A program made the translations under genes and the position numbers. A model generated the notes under the pieces. It was not told the origin of the DNA, made no database searches, and worked only from the letters and a program-made list of their open reading frames with translations. 64,000 bases of DNA from Bacteroidota bacterium. GTDB lineage: Bacteria > Bacteroidota > Bacteroidia > CAIKAF01. The stretch's first letter is position 1, and every line of letters starts with the position of its first letter. The stretch lies in the NCBI GenBank assembly GCA_016866335.1, contig VGMT01000006.1, positions 25,778-89,777 on the forward strand. Direction: 5' to 3'. Shown here in pieces: positions 7,654 through 17,377 of this stretch.

Positions 7654-9102
7654 CTAAAACGCAATCCCTTTTGGAAATCGAGGGAATGGAATTACGTCGC
7701 GGATGTTGCTCATTCCCGTAACGAAAAGCAGCAACCGCTCAAACCCCAAACCATACCCAGAATGAGGAACGGTTCCAAACCTTCGGGTGTCTAAATACCA
7801 ATGCAACTCCGTTTCTGGAATCCCCATTTCTGCCATCCGATTTTGAAGAAATTCCAACCGCTCTTCCCGTTGGCTTCCCCCTACCATTTCGCCAATGCCT
7901 GGAAACAGGATGTCCATGGCACGAACCGACCGGCCGTCTTCATTCATACGCATGTAAAAGGCCTTTATTTCTTTCGGATAATCGGTCAATATTACGGGCC
8001 GCTTAAACTCCTTTTCTACCAAATAACGCTCATGTTCCGATTGCAAATCGGTCCCCCAGCCCTTTACCGGATATTGAAATTTCTTCTTCTTTTGGTAAGG
8101 CGATTCTTCCAATATGCGAATGGCCTCTTCATAGGTTATTCTGGCGAAGGGCTCTTTCAACACAAACTGTATCCGCTCCAGCAAGTCTAACTCAGAACGC
8201 TCTTCCTTTTTCTTTGCTTCTTCCTCTTTTTTCCAACGTTCATTTAAAAATGCCAAGTCCTCGGCGCAATGCTCTAAGGCATAGTGCATCAAGTACTTTA
8301 AATTCGCTTCTGCCAAGTCCATGTTGTCGTTCAAATCGGCAAAGGCCACCTCGGGCTCTATCATCCAAAACTCGGCCAAATGCCGAGTGGTATTTGAATT
8401 TTCAGCTCTAAAGGTTGGCCCAAAGGTGTACACCTTACTTAAGGCCAAGGCCGCCAACTCGGCTTCCAATTGTCCTGAAACAGTCAAATGGGCGGCCTTT
8501 CCAAAAAAGTCTTTTGAAAAGTCCACCGAGCCATCTTCTGCCCTTGGGGGCTGGTCTGCTGCCAAGGTGGTTACACGAAACATTTCTCCGGCCCCTTCGG
8601 CATCCGATGCCGTTAATATTGGGCTGTGGATATTGAAAAATCCCCGCTCATGGAAAAACCGATGCATAGCAAAGGTCATGGCATGCCTGATTCGAAAAAC
8701 CGCTCCAAAAGTTTGGGTTCTAAATCGAAGGTGAGCAATTTCTCTAAGAAATTCCAGCGAATGGGCTTTGGGTTGAAGTGGATAAAAATCAGCCGCCTGT
8801 ATGTCTGATTCGGCTTTGCCCATCAGCTCAATTTCTACAGCTTGAATTTCTACCGCCTGCCCCTTTCCGCTTGAGGCTTCTAGCCGCCCTTTTACCCGTA
8901 AGCAGGCTCCCGGACTTATGGATTGCAGCAGTTCGGCGGGCAGCAATTCAAAATTGACCACCACTTGAATGCCAGCCAAATTTGAACCGTCGTTCAAATG
9001 GATGAATCGATTGCTACGAAAGGTGCGAACCCAGCCACCAACCATGCAAGATTGGCCTCTGGGTTCCCAAGTCAATATCTCCTTAATTGGCGTCGGTAAC
9101 AT
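7654..9102 (-). CDS. asnS: Asparagine--tRNA ligase
   Basis: It has class IIb aaRS motifs ('[21 protein letters not shown]', '[12 protein letters not shown]', '[13 protein letters not shown]') and an N-terminal OB fold. Confidence 0.9.
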   Translation of the reverse strand: MLPTPIKEILTWEPRGQSCMVGGWVRTFRSNRFIHLNDGSNLAGIQVVVNFELLPAELLQSISPGACLRVKGRLEASSGKGQAVEIQAVEIELMGKAESDIQAADFYPLQPKAHSLEFLREIAHLRFRTQTFGAVFRIRHAMTFAMHRFFHERGFFNIHSPILTASDAEGAGEMFRVTTLAADQPPRAEDGSVDFSKDFFGKAAHLTVSGQLEAELAALALSKVYTFGPTFRAENSNTTRHLAEFWMIEPEVAFADLNDNMDLAEANLKYLMHYALEHCAEDLAFLNERWKKEEEAKKKEERSELDLLERIQFVLKEPFARITYEEAIRILEESPYQKKKKFQYPVKGWGTDLQSEHERYLVEKEFKRPVILTDYPKEIKAFYMRMNEDGRSVRAMDILFPGIGEMVGGSQREERLEFLQNRMAEMGIPETELHWYLDTRRFGTVPHSGYGLGFERLLLFVTGMSNIRDVIPFPRFPKGIAF

Positions 9103-9129
9103 GGCAATTTTTTGCCAAAGGTAGAAAAT

Positions 9130-12021
9130 TTACAGGCCTATTTTCACCAGTTTTATTCCCTTAAGGCCAGGAATCACCAGCACGTATATCCCTTCCGCTA
9201 AGGCATCTAACCCTTCAATCCGCAATTCCCCATGTTTGGGTATCAAACCCTGCCAAACCGTTTTTCCAAAGGCATCGGTTAGGGTCAGCGGCAATGCTTC
9301 GGTTAAGCCCCTAAGTTTTACGTTCAATTCAGAACGAAAAGGGTTGGGGCCAAGCCAAGCCCATTGTTCCTTGCTGCCCTCCGAATCGCCCAATGCACCC
9401 AACCAAATGCCCCCATCAGAATAGGCCGCAGCACTCCAAATTCCTGCGGCATTCTTGGCTCGCACGCCTGAATAATACGTTTGCCCAACGGTTAAGCCGC
9501 TGCCCACATTTGACCAATTTGTGTTTAAACCAACCGTTTGCCAAGGCAATACGTCGCTTTGTCCCCAGGCCGTTCCCAAACACGTTTGGTATTCGGCAAT
9601 TCCTGAATGAGGGTCGGCCGATGCATCCCAATTCATCGACCAGGCAGCCCCCATTAGGCTGTCTTGATCGTTGCTCAACCCATCGTAAATCCAACCTGGG
9701 GTGTAGGGAGCTGTAAAATCTAGGTTTATGTCTTGAATCTTCCATGCCGAAATATTCCCTGCTCCGTCGTTGGCCAGCGACACAATTCGCCCGCCGGGTT
9801 GATTCGGATTGGGGTTGGGATTTGGAAGGTGCCCAATCGGGAACAAGCCCGTGGTTACCAAGGCCACCGAGTTGTGGGGGCGCCCAGGCCCACTGTGCAC
9901 CCCATCAAAGGCTACAATGGCATCTTTGCTTTCCAACGAGATGTATTGAGCCAGATTTTGGGGCCATAGGGGTGCAAGCAGTTCGCCTAAATACTGTTGG
10001 TTCAAGTAAAACCGATAGCTGCTGTCGCGCCGGCATACCAATGCACGTTGAACTTGGCCCGTCGGAACAAGAGCTGAAATGCCTGCCAATAGCTGCGGCT
10101 GACCTTGGTTCCATTGGTACACCGGCAGGTTCCCATTTGGCTCAATTCTCCATTCTAGGCTGTTGTACCTTCCAGCCCCGCCCGCATGCTCGGCCGCGAA
10201 AAAAAGCGAGGCTCTAGGTTGTGGACCATTCGGAAACAGCGTGAAGTCGAAGGCCCAATAGCGCTCCGTATTTATGCCCTGAGGAACATAGCCCGATGCG
10301 ATGCTGGTTTGATTCGGAGTCAAGGGGTACAATTGCCCACCGCTTTGCTGCCATTGGCCTGAAACCACTGTCCATTGCGGATGCAATCCTGATGTACTCG
10401 GTTCAAAGAAATCGGCAAACAGGCCCAATGGATTGCGGCCGTAAAAGCCCTGCCCATCGTGATGAAACGCATTCCAAAAGGTGCTGTGCAATCCACTGCC
10501 CCCGGAATCTACATCGGTAAATCCTTGGTTGAAGTCTTGGCTAATCCACAAGGAACCAAGGCCATTTATTTGGGTGTTGGGTGCTATGCTGTCTTCGCCA
10601 GCGCCCGCCTCGGCCAGCCAATTCAAGGAAAACCCCTGGTCCGAAATGGCGCAATCGCTTCGAAACCGCAGAAGCACTTCTTTTCCGCTGCTCAATAACA
10701 GCGGGGGCAGCTGGTTCCCGCTTAATTGTGCCAATACCGTCGAACCACTCGAAGGCCCATCGTACACGGTTAAATAGTCCCAATTTGATTCCAAATTAAA
10801 GGAATTAAACAGCAATTTTACCCTGCCAAATGGCACCCGTATGCGCCATTGTTTAAGGCTGTCGTTGCCATACGGAGCTTGATTCGGAAATACAAGGCTC
10901 CCCATAAGCCCTAAATGGGTTTCAATGTCAAGGTTGGGTTGAAGCAAATCGCCATACCGTGGCCAATTCCAGTGTTGTCCGGGGTCGGTATGCGTTTGAT
11001 TGGGAAAATGCTGATGTCCTTTGATTCGGGTACAGGCCCCAGGGCGTTGGTCTTGGGCGTAATTCGAGCCGGCCGACCATGGCCACCAGGCATTTCTAGA
11101 TAAATCTAAAGAATGCCGCCCTGCAATCCGTTGTATCAATTGAGCCGAAATCCGGTACATGGTATCGGTGTACCAGGCGGGATTTGATACAAAACCTTCA
11201 TGTTCAATACCTATGGAATAGGCATTTTCTGAGCCAATGTGCCAGGCCTTGGCATCTTCGTTGACCAATTGAAGCAGCAATCCATCGGATGACCGAATCA
11301 AATAATGGCATGAGACCTGCGATTGGCAAGACATAAACCATGCTAGGGCTCCGGCAAAAGAACCCTGGGTGGTGTGAATGGCCACGGCGGTAACCGATGA
11401 GCCATTTCGGCTGCTTTGATTGCAAGCGGGGCTTGGATTGTAGGTGGCTATCCCATCCAACCCGCTGCGTTCACCACCCGGCAGGGGTGCAGTGGGAACA
11501 AAGCCTTGAACCGAGGCTTCAGGGCCGCCCAATTGGAACCAAATTTTGGCCAATTCTTCCAACCAATAATAGGCCGCCCAATCGCTTGAACTCCCATTCG
11601 GAAACGGAATTTCAGACAGTTCAAAGGCCAGCCATAGCCAATCTTCGGCACTGCTCGGCTGGGTTAGCAGCCTAAGGGAATCAAGGGATTTATGCCAAGC
11701 CAACACTTCGTTTTGGGGTGTTTCTAAAATAAGCTGCTTTTCCATGCCCGAAAGTTCGGATACCCTGCTTAGGTGGTCGCGGAATACGGTTCCAGGTTGT
11801 TGAACCCAGCCTAAAATTCCCATTGGAACGGGCCTTCCAGAGCATGAACCTGAATCAAAAACCGCGGCCCATCTTGATTGCTGAAACGATACGGCAGCGC
11901 ATAGCCGAGCAGGAAGGTTCGGAAATTCAGATTCCACCGAATCAAACAGCATTGGCACCTGTTGGCCATGCCCCACCGCAAGGCCCATATAGAATAGAAA
12001 AAAGAACACCTTTTTTTTCAT
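9130..12021 (-). CDS. Secreted N-acetylmuramoyl-L-alanine amidase, amidase_2/PGRP family, with a CUB-like domain and a C-terminal T9SS type-A sorting domain
   Basis: It begins with a signal peptide. The stretch 'AIHTTQGSFAGALAWF...HYLIR...AWHIGSENAYSIGIEHEG' is typical of amidase_2. 'DYLTVYDGPSSGS' is CUB-like. The C-terminus '...GIYVLVIPGLKGIKLVKIGL' is typical of the Por secretion tail. Confidence 0.75.
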   Translation of the reverse strand: MKKKVFFFLFYMGLAVGHGQQVPMLFDSVESEFPNLPARLCAAVSFQQSRWAAVFDSGSCSGRPVPMGILGWVQQPGTVFRDHLSRVSELSGMEKQLILETPQNEVLAWHKSLDSLRLLTQPSSAEDWLWLAFELSEIPFPNGSSSDWAAYYWLEELAKIWFQLGGPEASVQGFVPTAPLPGGERSGLDGIATYNPSPACNQSSRNGSSVTAVAIHTTQGSFAGALAWFMSCQSQVSCHYLIRSSDGLLLQLVNEDAKAWHIGSENAYSIGIEHEGFVSNPAWYTDTMYRISAQLIQRIAGRHSLDLSRNAWWPWSAGSNYAQDQRPGACTRIKGHQHFPNQTHTDPGQHWNWPRYGDLLQPNLDIETHLGLMGSLVFPNQAPYGNDSLKQWRIRVPFGRVKLLFNSFNLESNWDYLTVYDGPSSGSTVLAQLSGNQLPPLLLSSGKEVLLRFRSDCAISDQGFSLNWLAEAGAGEDSIAPNTQINGLGSLWISQDFNQGFTDVDSGGSGLHSTFWNAFHHDGQGFYGRNPLGLFADFFEPSTSGLHPQWTVVSGQWQQSGGQLYPLTPNQTSIASGYVPQGINTERYWAFDFTLFPNGPQPRASLFFAAEHAGGAGRYNSLEWRIEPNGNLPVYQWNQGQPQLLAGISALVPTGQVQRALVCRRDSSYRFYLNQQYLGELLAPLWPQNLAQYISLESKDAIVAFDGVHSGPGRPHNSVALVTTGLFPIGHLPNPNPNPNQPGGRIVSLANDGAGNISAWKIQDINLDFTAPYTPGWIYDGLSNDQDSLMGAAWSMNWDASADPHSGIAEYQTCLGTAWGQSDVLPWQTVGLNTNWSNVGSGLTVGQTYYSGVRAKNAAGIWSAAAYSDGGIWLGALGDSEGSKEQWAWLGPNPFRSELNVKLRGLTEALPLTLTDAFGKTVWQGLIPKHGELRIEGLDALAEGIYVLVIPGLKGIKLVKIGL

Positions 12022-12065
12022 GTTTTTCCCGCAAGGTAGGCCCGAAGGCCGCAGCTAGCCGTTCG

Positions 12066-12089
12066 TTAAACGTTTAATAAACGTTTAAA
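12066..12089. promoter_or_regulatory. Two adjacent copies of the palindrome AAACGTTT, about 45-70 bp upstream of the amidase start. Candidate operator.
   Basis: The sequence is 'ttaaacgtttaa taaacgtttaaa', and each half is self-complementary. Confidence 0.3.
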
Positions 12090-12164
12090 AACGGATAATT
12101 TCTGTAGCCCTTTACAGCAGATGTTTTGCGGGGCCTCCCATTTTTTAAAAAATCAATTGTTTTC

Positions 12165-12322
12165 TTTTTTTGGGGGCGGCAGCCGGGCTTTCAGGGGTAG
12201 TCCGCTGTTGCCGGGGGCTGCCCCAGCGGGCTTACGGGGGCTCCTGAAGTCGCCGCCGCGCCGCGCGGGCCAGGCCCCGCCAACATTTGGGCTACCCGCC
12301 TCAATCCCTGCCGCGGGCCTCT
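12165..12322 (+). repeat. GC-rich dispersed repeat, copy B (forward)
   Basis: It reads 'ttttttgggggcggcagccgggctttcaggggtagtccgc...caatccctgccgcgggcc'. Confidence 0.8.
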
Positions 12323-12392
12323 CAATAATTAGGTTGGGGTTCATTGCCCAATCTGCAGGCATTTTTCTGCTACCTGCCGAATCTTTTTAACC

Positions 12393-13436
12393 TTAAGATT
12401 CCAGGTCTTCAAGCTTCAAAGGGCTGCCTCCATCTAAATCTGCCGCGAACCGCCGACCCAAAATTGCTGGGAAAAAACGAGGATGAAGCCCCAGCGCTGG
12501 CCGTATGCTGCGTACATTCTCTGCGCTGACCCTTTCGCCTTTCTTTACGTCTTTGGTAATAAATAGAGAACGGGCAAAGGGACTGTTCTTGCCTTTTAAA
12601 GGGAAGTTGGGCTCGCTTTTTCCCATCATGGCCTCGGTTCTGCGAACCTCAGTAACCAAGGTGGCAAATTCGGCAGGCTCTAGGCTAAAATGCGCATCAG
12701 GACCGCCCATGCTTCGGTCTAGTATAACATGTTTTTCAATCATAACCGCGCCCAAGGCCGTAGCTACAACCGGAGCCAAAACCCCCTCAGAATGGTCTGA
12801 CAAGCCAACAGGAACGCCAAACCTTCGACCTAAATCTTGCATTTGAAGCAGCATCATGCTTGAATCGGCCGCCGGATACGCCGAGGTGCATTTTAGCAGT
12901 ACAACCTGGGTGTTGCCCTGCCGATGGCAGGCCTCCATTGCCCATTCTATGTCTTGCAAACCAGCAATTCCCGTTGAAATTATCATGGGCTTTCCAAAGG
13001 AAGCCACATACTCAATGAGTGGAAGGTCGGTAATTTCAAAAGAGGCAATCTTGTAGGCCGGAACGTTTAATGTGTGCAACAGGTCGGCCGCACTCGGGTC
13101 AAAAGGAGTACTGAAACAATCCATGCCCAGTGAGGTGCATTCCCGAATCAGTTCTTCATGCCAATCCCAGGGCATTTCAGCTTCGCGGTATAGGTCGTGA
13201 AGGTAGGCGCCGTCCCAGGCCGTTCCGCTGCCAATTAAAAATGGGGGAGTTTTGTAGGGCAGGGTTAGGGTGTCGGCGGTATAGGTTTGGAGCTTTATGG
13301 CATCGGCTCCTGCCTTGGCCATGGCCCGGATGGTTTCAAGGGCTATTCCTATGTCTTGCCTATGGTTTGCCGACAATTCGGCAATCAGATAAACGGGCTG
13401 GTCGGGCCCCAAGGTGCGTTCTCCAATGGAAATCAT
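12393..13436 (-). CDS. pseI: Pseudaminic acid synthase / N-acetylneuraminate synthase, NeuB family
   Basis: It has a NeuB TIM-barrel ('LIAELSANH...AIKLQTY') followed by a C-terminal SAF domain. Its start overlaps the upstream gene by 4 nt. Confidence 0.8.
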   Translation of the reverse strand: MISIGERTLGPDQPVYLIAELSANHRQDIGIALETIRAMAKAGADAIKLQTYTADTLTLPYKTPPFLIGSGTAWDGAYLHDLYREAEMPWDWHEELIRECTSLGMDCFSTPFDPSAADLLHTLNVPAYKIASFEITDLPLIEYVASFGKPMIISTGIAGLQDIEWAMEACHRQGNTQVVLLKCTSAYPAADSSMMLLQMQDLGRRFGVPVGLSDHSEGVLAPVVATALGAVMIEKHVILDRSMGGPDAHFSLEPAEFATLVTEVRRTEAMMGKSEPNFPLKGKNSPFARSLFITKDVKKGERVSAENVRSIRPALGLHPRFFPAILGRRFAADLDGGSPLKLEDLES

Positions 13437-14179
13437 AAACCCGTCTTTTTTTGTTCTACGTTCTGATTTAGCTCAAATAAGGCCTGTTGACCGTCAAACC
13501 TGGGCCACATGTCTTCGTAATGCATGCAGGTATGCAATTGCAATTCCCGCATACAGCGCTCAATGACCAATGCGTCTTCGGGGGTATCTAGGGTTAACCT
13601 TATGTGGCTGTAGTTTTGGGCGTGAACCACTTGGGCTTGATGGTCGGCCTGCCTGTTCCCCGTGTACATATAAGGGGTTACGTGTTCTCTTTCTGCTGGA
13701 TGCTGGGCATTTTTTTCGGCTTCCAAAAGCAGTTCGGCCGAAAAAATTTCCATGTCTAAGCCCCGTGGAAAGGTTCGTTCAATGCTGTTTGAAACATAAG
13801 TTCGTCCCTTTGGAAGGGTAGAATAGATTTGCAATCCCTGCTGAAGCACATCGGCGCATATGAATGGACAATCGGCCGTTATGCGAATCAGATGTTCAAA
13901 GCCAAAGGTTCGAGCAGCACCGGCGAACCTGCTCAACACATCGGTTTCACTGCCTCTAAATACCTTCCAGCCTAGAGCCTGACCGCGCAATTCCAAGAGG
14001 TCGTCTTGAGCTAGGGTGGACGTTGCCAAAACCATGGGCAAATGCAGTGACGATAACCTTTGGTCAATCCACTGCAAGGGCGTTTTTCCATTAATGGGCA
14101 TATCCACTTTTCCCGGCAGCCGGGTTGAACCCATTCTTGCCTGTATTAAAATGCCAGTATGCGCCAGTAGGGCTTGCAT
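13433..14179 (-). CDS. CMP-nonulosonate cytidylyltransferase-family protein (SpsF/PseF-like)
   Basis: It has the N-terminal motif 'ILIQARMGSTRLPGKV' and is about 248 aa long. Confidence 0.65.
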   Translation of the reverse strand: MQALLAHTGILIQARMGSTRLPGKVDMPINGKTPLQWIDQRLSSLHLPMVLATSTLAQDDLLELRGQALGWKVFRGSETDVLSRFAGAARTFGFEHLIRITADCPFICADVLQQGLQIYSTLPKGRTYVSNSIERTFPRGLDMEIFSAELLLEAEKNAQHPAEREHVTPYMYTGNRQADHQAQVVHAQNYSHIRLTLDTPEDALVIERCMRELQLHTCMHYEDMWPRFDGQQALFELNQNVEQKKTGL

Positions 14180-14187
14180 GACCCAGA

Positions 14188-15399
14188 TTAGCTGTTCTCT
14201 TGGTGTTGAGTAAAAAAGCCCTTGATGGTATCAACAACGTAACGCAGTTGTTCTTCGCTTAGCGATGGGTACATCGGTATGCTTAGGCATTCTGAATAAA
14301 AAAGTTCTGCCTCGGGGCACAAACCCGGTCCATAACCGAATGAAGTTCGGTAATGCGGCATAAGGTGCAAAGGAAAATAATGCACCTGTGCAAAAATTTG
14401 GTGTTCCCGAAGGTAGTCGTAAAGCGCCTTGCGCCTTTTGGTGCGAACCACATACAAATGCCAGGCGTGATCTTCGGTTTCGGTAGGCGAATCGGCATGC
14501 GGCAACCGCAAATCGCCTATTCCCGAAAGGGCAGCATGGTAATAGCGGGCTATTTCCTTGCGGCGATTTAGGTTTTCTTCAGCCCGGCTCAATTGACTTA
14601 AACCCAAGGCCGCTTGCATGTCGGTAAGCCTGTAATTGTAACCCAATTCTTGCATTTCCATATACCACATTGGGTAGGGCTCTGTATCTGCCAAGCTGGA
14701 ATCGGCCAATGAAGCAGGGTTGGTAAAACGTTGTTGGTCGCGGGTTATGCCGTGGGTTCTCAATACCAGTAGCCGCTGGTACACCTCTGGATTTGACGTG
14801 GTAATCATGCCGCCTTCTCCACAGGCTATGTGCTTTACCGGATGAAATGAAAAAATGGCGGCATCGGCTAGGCTGCAGTCTCCACAACGAAACCCTTGGG
14901 CTCCTCTACGCTGACCGCCAGGGGCGTGGCAAGCATCTTCAAGAATCCAGGCGCCGTAGGTTTTAGCTATTTTTTTTAGGGCAACCAAATCCGCGGGCCT
15001 TCCAGCAAAATCAACCGGAATAATTCCTTTGATTTTTGAACCATATTGGTCAAACAATGCCTGAACCGCTTCGGGCCGAATGCTTCCATGCACATCGGTT
15101 TCAGCAAACAAAACCTGGGCGCCGGCATACAACGCACAGTTGCCACTGGCCGCAAAGGTTATCGGCGAGGTTACCACAAAATCGCCAGGGTTTAAACCCA
15201 ATGCAAGCACCGACAGGTGCAAAGCCGCAGTCCCATTTGCAACGGCAACCGCATAGGGAGACCCAATGTAGGCCGCAAACGCCGACTCAAACTCAGCAAT
15301 TTTTGGCCCTTGTGTCAAATAATCGGATTGCAAAGAGGCCCCTACGGCCTCCAGGTCTTCCGGGCGTATGTCTTGCCGACCATAGGGAATGGGCTTCAT
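14188..15399 (-). CDS. pseC: UDP-4-amino-4,6-dideoxy-N-acetyl-beta-L-altrosamine transaminase-like protein, DegT/DnrJ/EryC1 family
   Basis: It has a PLP aminotransferase fold ('ANGTAALHL', 'FSFHPVKHIACGEGG'). Confidence 0.75.
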   Translation of the reverse strand: MKPIPYGRQDIRPEDLEAVGASLQSDYLTQGPKIAEFESAFAAYIGSPYAVAVANGTAALHLSVLALGLNPGDFVVTSPITFAASGNCALYAGAQVLFAETDVHGSIRPEAVQALFDQYGSKIKGIIPVDFAGRPADLVALKKIAKTYGAWILEDACHAPGGQRRGAQGFRCGDCSLADAAIFSFHPVKHIACGEGGMITTSNPEVYQRLLVLRTHGITRDQQRFTNPASLADSSLADTEPYPMWYMEMQELGYNYRLTDMQAALGLSQLSRAEENLNRRKEIARYYHAALSGIGDLRLPHADSPTETEDHAWHLYVVRTKRRKALYDYLREHQIFAQVHYFPLHLMPHYRTSFGYGPGLCPEAELFYSECLSIPMYPSLSEEQLRYVVDTIKGFFTQHQENS

Positions 15400-15401
15400 A
15401 G

Positions 15402-16451
15402 TTACAATGGTTGAAATTCTGGATCCAGGTGCTGGCGTATCAACGCCCTTATGTCGTCAACACTTAACCACTGGCTGTTGTTTCCACTGCTGTACCGAAA
15501 TCCTTGTTCCACTTTTTTGGCCTTGAAATGAAGTTCAAAATCGCTCAGATTGAAGTTGGGAACCTGAGGCAATATGGCATAGTAAGGCCCCATATCGTAG
15601 GTGGTAAAAGAATCGGCCTCGGTAATCATCTCTTCGTGGATCTTTTCTCCCGGACGTATGCCCACCAATTCAGGTTCAATGGAGGGAGCTATGGCTTTCG
15701 CAACATCCAAGATTTTGTACGAGGGAATTTTGGGCACATACAATTCTCCGCCCCATTGTTGCTCTAAGGCAAACAACACCATGGAAACGCCTTCGTCCAA
15801 CGAAATATTAAACCGAGTCATGCTGGCATCGGTAATGGGCATTTTTCCCTTGTGGCGTATCTGCATGAAAAATGGAATCACCGAGCCTCGGGATCCCATT
15901 ACATTCCCATACCTTACCACCGAAAAACGAATGGGACGTTTGCCGCGGATGTTGTTGGCGGCAATAAAAAGCTTGTCTGAGCATAGTTTGGTAGCCCCAT
16001 ACAGGTTGATGGGCGCAGCGGCCTTGTCGGTCGATAGAGCCACCACCCGGCTAATTTGAGAATCAAAGGCGGCAGCAATGACGTTTTCGGCGCCCATGAT
16101 GTTCGTTTTTATGAATTCAGACGGGTTGTATTCGGCCGCAGGAACTTGTTTCAATGCCGCAGCGTGCACTACCATGTCTATTCCTTCAAAGGCTCGACTC
16201 AAACGTTCTTTGTCGCGAACATCTCCCAAAAAGAACCGCAGCTTTTGCAGCTCATCTGGGCTAAACTCTTGCTGCATTTCAAATTGCTTGAGCTCATCGC
16301 GGCTAAAAACCACAATGCGCCGCACCTCTGGATATTGGGTTAAAAGAGTATGAATAAAGCGCTTGCCAAAAGAACCCGTTCCACCGGTTACCAATATGGC
16401 TTTATCATCGAAAATGCTCATGGGAAAATGCGTGTTTTTTAAAGGCGTCAA
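15402..16451 (-). CDS. pseB: UDP-N-acetylglucosamine 4,6-dehydratase (inverting), PseB/FlaA1 family
   Basis: The N-terminus 'KAILVTGGTGSFGKRF...RIVVFSRDELKQ' is typical of the family. The start may instead be 16418. Confidence 0.8.
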   Translation of the reverse strand: MTPLKNTHFPMSIFDDKAILVTGGTGSFGKRFIHTLLTQYPEVRRIVVFSRDELKQFEMQQEFSPDELQKLRFFLGDVRDKERLSRAFEGIDMVVHAAALKQVPAAEYNPSEFIKTNIMGAENVIAAAFDSQISRVVALSTDKAAAPINLYGATKLCSDKLFIAANNIRGKRPIRFSVVRYGNVMGSRGSVIPFFMQIRHKGKMPITDASMTRFNISLDEGVSMVLFALEQQWGGELYVPKIPSYKILDVAKAIAPSIEPELVGIRPGEKIHEEMITEADSFTTYDMGPYYAILPQVPNFNLSDFELHFKAKKVEQGFRYSSGNNSQWLSVDDIRALIRQHLDPEFQPL

Positions 16452-17277
16452 TGTACGAGTTTGGCGTGAGATTTATGATTTCTACCCCCTGCTTGTCGGC
16501 TATTTCGGCCAATACCCAGTAAGATTGAAAACTATACAGGAATTTTTGTAGGACTTCGTGCAATCGCCTAGGCCTAAAAGTGGAATGAATCATATGCCCA
16601 ACCTGCCGGTCCGAATCATAAAAATGCTCATGGTCAAGCATCACTCGGTTTTGGTCATCTACCTGAAGTGTTCGAAGCCAAGAATGCTCTGCCCCAACCA
16701 TTCTGACCTTTGAAATCTTTAACCGTATGGCCATGGCCAAGGCAGGAATCAATACATTGTGCGGGCGAGGAAGCCCCCAGCCATTCAACATGGCAAAACG
16801 GCAAAACCCTGCAGGCCCCTCAAGCGGGGTGGCATTGTATCCATACGCTTTTAAATTAGGATTCGATGACAACAGCTTTTTAAACGCCGGTGTTCCCAAC
16901 GTTGGATATGGCACAAACAAGGTCATGGGCCACCTTGTATTTTCCGAAAGGGTTTTATACAAATTCCGTTTGCTTTCTAATATGTGCTCTGGAATGGTCT
17001 GTTCCGGTAAAAAAGTAAGTTCAGGAGCGCCAATTACATAAGCCGAGGGCTTTAAACGTATAAATTCCGGGGAAAGACAAAAATAGTTCACGGCACAGAA
17101 TACCATATTGCTGGGCTCCTCGGGTAAATCGGCAACGATCAACCGTAGGGATGGTCCATTGCCCAAAATCAGCCATTCCGGTGCGGACTTTACCCTAGGG
17201 CGAAAACCCCGAAATTTTTTTGAAAGCCAAACGTACTTGATTAGGCTTAAGAAAATCTGCATCAATGGCATGCGCAA
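16405..17277 (-). CDS. Putative nonulosonic-acid (sialyl/pseudaminyl) transferase, GT42/DUF115-like
   Basis: It has 'LILGNGPSL' followed by 'VFCAVNYF', as in CstII-type GT42 enzymes. It is the first gene of the pse operon. Confidence 0.5.
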   Translation of the reverse strand: MRMPLMQIFLSLIKYVWLSKKFRGFRPRVKSAPEWLILGNGPSLRLIVADLPEEPSNMVFCAVNYFCLSPEFIRLKPSAYVIGAPELTFLPEQTIPEHILESKRNLYKTLSENTRWPMTLFVPYPTLGTPAFKKLLSSNPNLKAYGYNATPLEGPAGFCRFAMLNGWGLPRPHNVLIPALAMAIRLKISKVRMVGAEHSWLRTLQVDDQNRVMLDHEHFYDSDRQVGHMIHSTFRPRRLHEVLQKFLYSFQSYWVLAEIADKQGVEIINLTPNSYIDAFKKHAFSHEHFR

Positions 17278-17377
17278 ATATACGGATTGTGCCGCTGCAT
17301 AACTTAAAACCCTAAACGGAGCACCATATTTCTTTCCCTTCAGCCCGCTAAAAACAGCCTTTGGCTTTGTCTAGAAT

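Noticed and set aside
12121-12390. ORFs lying inside GC-rich repeat copies. They include 860..1096, 12121..12390, 19672..19872, 38410.. (N-terminal part), 43871..44125, 51190..51405 and 56286..56492.
   Set aside because: They coincide with the dispersed repeat in both orientations and have Ala/Gly/Pro/Arg-rich low-complexity translations. The open frames result from the repeat's GC richness.
14283-16343. Short ORFs antisense to pseC and pseB (14353..14571, 15036..15401, 15601..16059 and others)
   Set aside because: They are embedded in well-supported minus-strand genes with clear family motifs.
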